The notes beneath the pieces are model-generated. The model saw only the letters and a program-made list of their open reading frames with translations, searched no databases and was not told the origin of the DNA. A DNA stretch of 64,000 nt from Candidatus Latescibacterota bacterium (GTDB lineage Bacteria; Latescibacterota; UBA2968; GCA-2709665). The position numbers were made by a program, and so were the translations under genes. The stretch lies in the NCBI GenBank assembly GCA_965222075.1, contig OZ244937.1, positions 768,001 through 832,000 of the forward strand, read 5' to 3'. This document shows positions 60,011 to 64,000 of the stretch, piece by piece; position 1 is the first letter of the stretch; the number at the start of each line of letters is the position of its first letter.

Positions 60011-62128
60011 CTACGCTTTATGGTTTTTCTTTTCGTCTTTGCGGTGAATCAGAAGGTTTCCGTTTTCATCTATCCGGGCGCTGACCCGGGGTTCCAGCCA
60101 GATGGTGGTGTCGGGCTGCTCAATGACGGCCGGGCCGGAGAGGCTGGCGTTCCAGGGGAGCAGGGAGCGCTCGTAGATGGGGCACTTTACGAACCGGTCT
60201 TCTACGTAGACGGGCCGGGCGCCTTTGAGGGCGTCCTGCAAGGTGGTGTCCGGTCTGGGCAGGAAGTCTTTCAGGGCCAGGTCAGGCGGAATGCCGATGA
60301 CCGAGGTGCGGAGGTTCAACAGGCGGATGGGGATGCGGTCCAGGAGGGTGTCCAGTTCGCCGAATCCCCCTTCCACCTGGCCGTAGTGGCGCAGGTAGGC
60401 GCTGCGGAAACTGTCTGCGATTCGTTCCCGGGAAAGGGGGCCGGAGGGGAGCGGCGTGCGGATCACGTGGGTCTGCCCCTCATAGGAGATGTCGGCTTCT
60501 CTTACCACGTTTACCCGGATAAGCGGGAGGTTTTCCCGTTTGACAAAGGCCTCTCCATCGGTGAGGTGTCCGGCGAAAGTGTCTTCTATTTCTGCGGGGT
60601 CAACCTCTGAAAGGCGGCGGTTGAGCATGGTGACGAAGTCGCGCCGGAGGTTGGCGATGGCACAGCCCCAGGCGGAGGCGATGCCGGGATAGTAGGGGAC
60701 GATGCCCCGGCCGATGCCCAGTTCCCGGAGGAGGAAGCTGGCCATCAGCGGGCCTCCGCCGCCGAAGGAGAAGAGGGCAAAATCCCTCGGGTCGTGGCCC
60801 CGGTCGATGGAGAGGCGTCGGATGCTGCCTGCGATCCGGTTGTTGGCAACGGCGATGATGGCTGCGGCCGCCTCTTCGGGGGAGAGGTCCAGTTTTTTGC
60901 CGATCCGCTCGGCGACGACGGAACGGGCGCGGTCGAGGTCAAGCCTGCCTGCCGAGCCGAGCTCGGCGCAGGCAGGCGAAAACCCGGCGCCTCCGGCGAT
61001 GGGGTAGTCCGGGTTGATCCTGCCCAGGATGAGGTTGGCGTCGGTGACGGTCGGTTCGGTCCCGCCGTAGCAGACCGGCCCGGGCTCGGCCCCGGCGCTT
61101 TCCGGCCCCACCTGGAGGATGCCCCCCCGGTCGATGCGGGCGATGCTGCCGCCTCCCGCGCCGATGGTGTGGATGTCGATTAAGGAGAGCATGATCGGGA
61201 TGCCGAATTCCAGTTCCGTGCCGTTTGAAAGGACCGGTTCGCCCTGGAATACCATCGATACGTCGAGGCTGGTGCCGCCCATGTCGCAGGTGATGAGGTT
61301 CTGAAAGCCGCTCTCACCGGCAATTTGGGTGGCCGCGATGACCCCGGCCGCAGGGCCGGAGAGGATGGTGTTTACCGACAGTTCCCGGGTGTCTTCTGCG
61401 GACATCATGCCGCCGCTGGACTGCATGATCAGAAGGTCCCTGCGGTATTCCCGTTCCCTCAGGCGCGCCTGGAGGTTTGCCAGGTAGCGGCTGACCACAG
61501 GCTGGACATAGGCGTTGACCACCGCGGTGCTGGTCCGTTCAAATTCCCGGAAGAGGGGGAGGATGTCCGCCGAGGCGACGATGTGGAGGTCGGGCCAGCG
61601 CGCTTCCAGGAGGGCTTTGGCCTGGCGTTCGTGGGTGGGGTTGATATAGGCGTTTATGAAGCTGATGACGATGGCTTCGACGCCGTCGGCGGCGAGGCGT
61701 TCGGCGGCTTTTATGAGGTCTGAGGTGTCTAAGGGGGTGAGGATCTCTCCTTCTGCGGAGGTCCGCTCGGAGACCTCGCAGCGGCGGTGCCGGGGGATGA
61801 GCGGTTCGTAGGATCCGGTCAGTCCATAGAGGTGGGGCCGGTCCCGGCGCCGCAGTTCCAGAACGTCCCGGAAACCGCGGGTTGCGATGAGGCCGCAACG
61901 CCCGCCCTTTCGCTCCAGGATGGCGTTGGTGGCCACGGTGGTGCCGTGGATGATCAGTTCGACCTCGGGATAAGAGACCCGGAGCGCATCGAGGCCGGCG
62001 ATCAGGCCGTCGGATGGGTCGTGGGGCGTGGTGGAGATCTTTCCGATCCGGAGGGATTGACGGTGGGTGTCCAGGAGGATGATATCGGTGAAGGTGCCTC
62101 CGATATCGACGCCGATGAGGTTTCCCAT
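60011..62128 (-). CDS. Hydantoinase A/oxoprolinase family protein
   Basis: GVDIGGTFTD, HGTTVATNA, SGPAAG, DMGGTS, GAGGGS. Confidence 0.95.
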   Translation of the reverse strand: MGNLIGVDIGGTFTDIILLDTHRQSLRIGKISTTPHDPSDGLIAGLDALRVSYPEVELIIHGTTVATNAILERKGGRCGLIATRGFRDVLELRRRDRPHLYGLTGSYEPLIPRHRRCEVSERTSAEGEILTPLDTSDLIKAAERLAADGVEAIVISFINAYINPTHERQAKALLEARWPDLHIVASADILPLFREFERTSTAVVNAYVQPVVSRYLANLQARLREREYRRDLLIMQSSGGMMSAEDTRELSVNTILSGPAAGVIAATQIAGESGFQNLITCDMGGTSLDVSMVFQGEPVLSNGTELEFGIPIMLSLIDIHTIGAGGGSIARIDRGGILQVGPESAGAEPGPVCYGGTEPTVTDANLILGRINPDYPIAGGAGFSPACAELGSAGRLDLDRARSVVAERIGKKLDLSPEEAAAAIIAVANNRIAGSIRRLSIDRGHDPRDFALFSFGGGGPLMASFLLRELGIGRGIVPYYPGIASAWGCAIANLRRDFVTMLNRRLSEVDPAEIEDTFAGHLTDGEAFVKRENLPLIRVNVVREADISYEGQTHVIRTPLPSGPLSRERIADSFRSAYLRHYGQVEGGFGELDTLLDRIPIRLLNLRTSVIGIPPDLALKDFLPRPDTTLQDALKGARPVYVEDRFVKCPIYERSLLPWNASLSGPAVIEQPDTTIWLEPRVSARIDENGNLLIHRKDEKKNHKA
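60944..60976. repeat. 33-bp palindromic element inserted in-frame in hydantoinase A
   Basis: CCTGCCTGCCGAGCCGAGCTCGGCGCAGGCAGG; encodes PACAELGSAGR. Confidence 0.88.
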
Positions 62129-62191
62129 AGGCAGGTGTTCCGATAAATATTTCAGGCCCGGTGGCGGATCCGGATGGCCGGACGCCCGGCA

Positions 62192-62217
62192 GGGCGATCA
62201 CAGGGATCGCCCCTACA
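62192..62217 (-). repeat. GTAG-type REP-like element
   Basis: Minus strand TGTAGGGGCGATCCCTGTGATCGCCC overlapping the TlpA stop codon. Confidence 0.75.
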
Positions 62218-62800
62218 TGGGATGCCCTGTGTGGTTTTCAAGGAGCTTCTCGACCTGCTGCTCGATGCGTTTTTCTCCACCGGGGCTGTAGCCGAGCTGG
62301 TGGAACTGTACGGCGCCCTCCCGGTCGATGAGGTAGACGACCGGGATTCCCCCGACTTTGTAGGCGGACTCGACCTTTCCATCGGCGAAGAGGACCGGAA
62401 ACGTATAGCCGTGCTGCTCCACGAAGGGCCGTACCTTCTCCTTTTCCCGGTCGGTGCTGATGGCCAGGACCACCAGCCCCTTATCCCGGTACTGCTCGTG
62501 AAACCGCTGGATGTGGGGGAGTTCCTTCAGGCAGGGGGGGCACCAGGTGGCCCAGAAGTCGACCAGGACGACCTTGCCCCGCTGGTCGGTGAGGTTGATT
62601 TCGTTTCCGTCCAGGTCCTTCAGCGCAAAAACAGGGGCCGGTTCTCCGGTTGGGACGCCCGGTCCGGATGAACGCGCTTCCGGTGAACGGATCGAGATCT
62701 CCGTCTTTCTCGCATCGCTGCCCACCTTGCCGCTCACTACGACCACAGCCAGGCCGATCAGGATACACAGCGCCACTCCCGCGCCCTTTTCGGTTGACAT
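62213..62800 (-). CDS. TlpA-like thiol:disulfide oxidoreductase
   Basis: N-terminal anchor; FWATWCPPC; GIP..YLID. Confidence 0.93.
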   Translation of the reverse strand: MSTEKGAGVALCILIGLAVVVVSGKVGSDARKTEISIRSPEARSSGPGVPTGEPAPVFALKDLDGNEINLTDQRGKVVLVDFWATWCPPCLKELPHIQRFHEQYRDKGLVVLAISTDREKEKVRPFVEQHGYTFPVLFADGKVESAYKVGGIPVVYLIDREGAVQFHQLGYSPGGEKRIEQQVEKLLENHTGHPM

Positions 62801-62842
62801 ATCGATTCCCTCCTGTGTTGTATGAACCTGTTTTTTTCTTTT

Positions 62843-63604
62843 CTATCCCATCATCTGCTGGGTGGCATCCCAGATGGCGACTACCCCGACGATCATCCCC
62901 AGAACCAGGATCCAGTACATTGCACCGATGAGGGCGGCTTTGCGCATAGGGCATCCATAGACCCGCTGTACGCCGATGATGGCCAGCACCAGTGACCAGA
63001 GTCCGAAGAGTTCAATTCTTCCAAAGAGGAACCGTAGAGGTATATTTTCCGCGATCAGGTCCGGAGACAGGCCTGCCAGGCTCGTTGGAGGCGCTATCGA
63101 AAACGTTGGGGACAGGTGGACTCCACCAAAGGCGATGACACAGGCCGTTACGATCCCTCCGAACAGAAATTCCGGAAGGGAGGCGTAACCCACGGCGGAC
63201 AGCAGGGGATAAAACCGGGTTTTCTCCCCGGAGATCCGGGCAAGGAGCCAGATGCATCCGGTCCGGACGACCCAGGCCCCGAGGTTGAACGCCAGAATGC
63301 CGACCACCATAAGAAACGGGATGATCATGATGATGATACGTGCAGAACCGGAGATCCCACCCCCGCTTCTGCTTATCCCCTCGAGAAACTTGCCGATTTC
63401 TGCCATCGAGCCGAGCAGGGCAAAGACCAACACGAGAAAGAACGGCGCGATCCAGTCCGGCTGTTCGGCCACGTTCCGGAGGGCGTTGCCCGGAGCGAGG
63501 AGCATGCCCCCCAGCCGCTCCCGGCGCCGGGCCAGGGGGATCAGGCAGGCCAGCGTGCCCAGACCAAGCACACCCAGTGCCGCTATGAAGGGCCACATGG
63601 CCAT
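62843..63604 (-). CDS. Yip1 family membrane protein
   Basis: Multiple TM segments; L..P...L...AE.P.W..P pattern; GYASLP. Confidence 0.75.
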   Translation of the reverse strand: MAMWPFIAALGVLGLGTLACLIPLARRRERLGGMLLAPGNALRNVAEQPDWIAPFFLVLVFALLGSMAEIGKFLEGISRSGGGISGSARIIIMIIPFLMVVGILAFNLGAWVVRTGCIWLLARISGEKTRFYPLLSAVGYASLPEFLFGGIVTACVIAFGGVHLSPTFSIAPPTSLAGLSPDLIAENIPLRFLFGRIELFGLWSLVLAIIGVQRVYGCPMRKAALIGAMYWILVLGMIVGVVAIWDATQQMMG

Positions 63605-63672
63605 AAGCTCACGCCTCAAAATAGTGCCCCGGGTTCGCCAGGGGCGGGTTGAGCCGTTCTGCGGTCGGCATT

Positions 63673-64000
63673 TTAGATGTAGCCCGTGGCGCCGTCGGGC
63701 CGGATTGGCGCGGTGCGCTGCCAGTGGACGTATTTGCTGTTTTTGATCGCGTCTTCGTTCACCTCAATGCCCAGGCCGGGCCGGTCCCGGAGTTCGAGGT
63801 AGCCGTCTTTGGGCAGGTAGGGTTCGTCCACCCAGTCTTTCCATTCCGATTGCGTTGGATCGATGTATTCCAGGATGAGGAAGTTGTGGATGGAGGCTGC
63901 GAAGTGGACGTTTACCGCTGTTGCAATCGGGCCCATCGGGTTGTGGGGCGCTACGGTAACGTAGTGGGCCGCTGCGATGGCCGCGATGTTGCGCATCTCC
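63673..64000 (-). CDS. Mandelate racemase/enolase superfamily (galactonate dehydratase-like), 5' end outside the window
   Basis: APHNPMGP, NFLILEY, PGLGIEVNE. Confidence 0.88.
   Translation of the reverse strand, partial: EMRNIAAIAAAHYVTVAPHNPMGPIATAVNVHFAASIHNFLILEYIDPTQSEWKDWVDEPYLPKDGYLELRDRPGLGIEVNEDAIKNSKYVHWQRTAPIRPDGATGYI

Overview
GC-rich (roughly 60%, estimated by eye) bacterial chromosome segment. LRR modules, an IS1595 remnant, expanded orphan solute-binding lipoproteins and a GWxTD-like fragment suggest an FCB-group organism, possibly a Latescibacterota-like sponge symbiont (inference). The window has three parts. (1) An accessory left half (about 2.6-34 kb) ending at tRNA-fMet. 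It holds a non-specific endonuclease, an unknown gene + PD-(D/E)XK nuclease pair, a damaged sigma-54 two-component locus, an adenosine deaminase, an MltF-like protein, small cassette-like genes, three LivK-type lipoproteins, a propeller histidine kinase, a module of 22-bp repeats + membrane AAA ATPase + YdjM + MFP, a DUF262-HEPN pair and a mosaic of gene fragments. (2) A housekeeping core (corC-like, ybeY, 7TM-HD, phoH, LysM + lipoprotein, aspS, hisS, an rnhB-yraN fusion, a heterodimeric ABC exporter). (3) A right accessory part with two more LivK-type paralogues, HicAB with a truncated toxin, IS remnants, SDRs, hydantoinase/oxoprolinase AB, TlpA, Yip1 and an enolase-superfamily gene. The most notable signals are: short palindromic elements inserted in-frame in protein genes; a roughly 150-aa N-terminal lipoprotein module shared by five binding proteins of two classes; the repeat-headed AAA/YdjM module; two candidate defence pairs; and many internal-deletion scars. 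All family calls come from motif recognition by eye, with no database searches.
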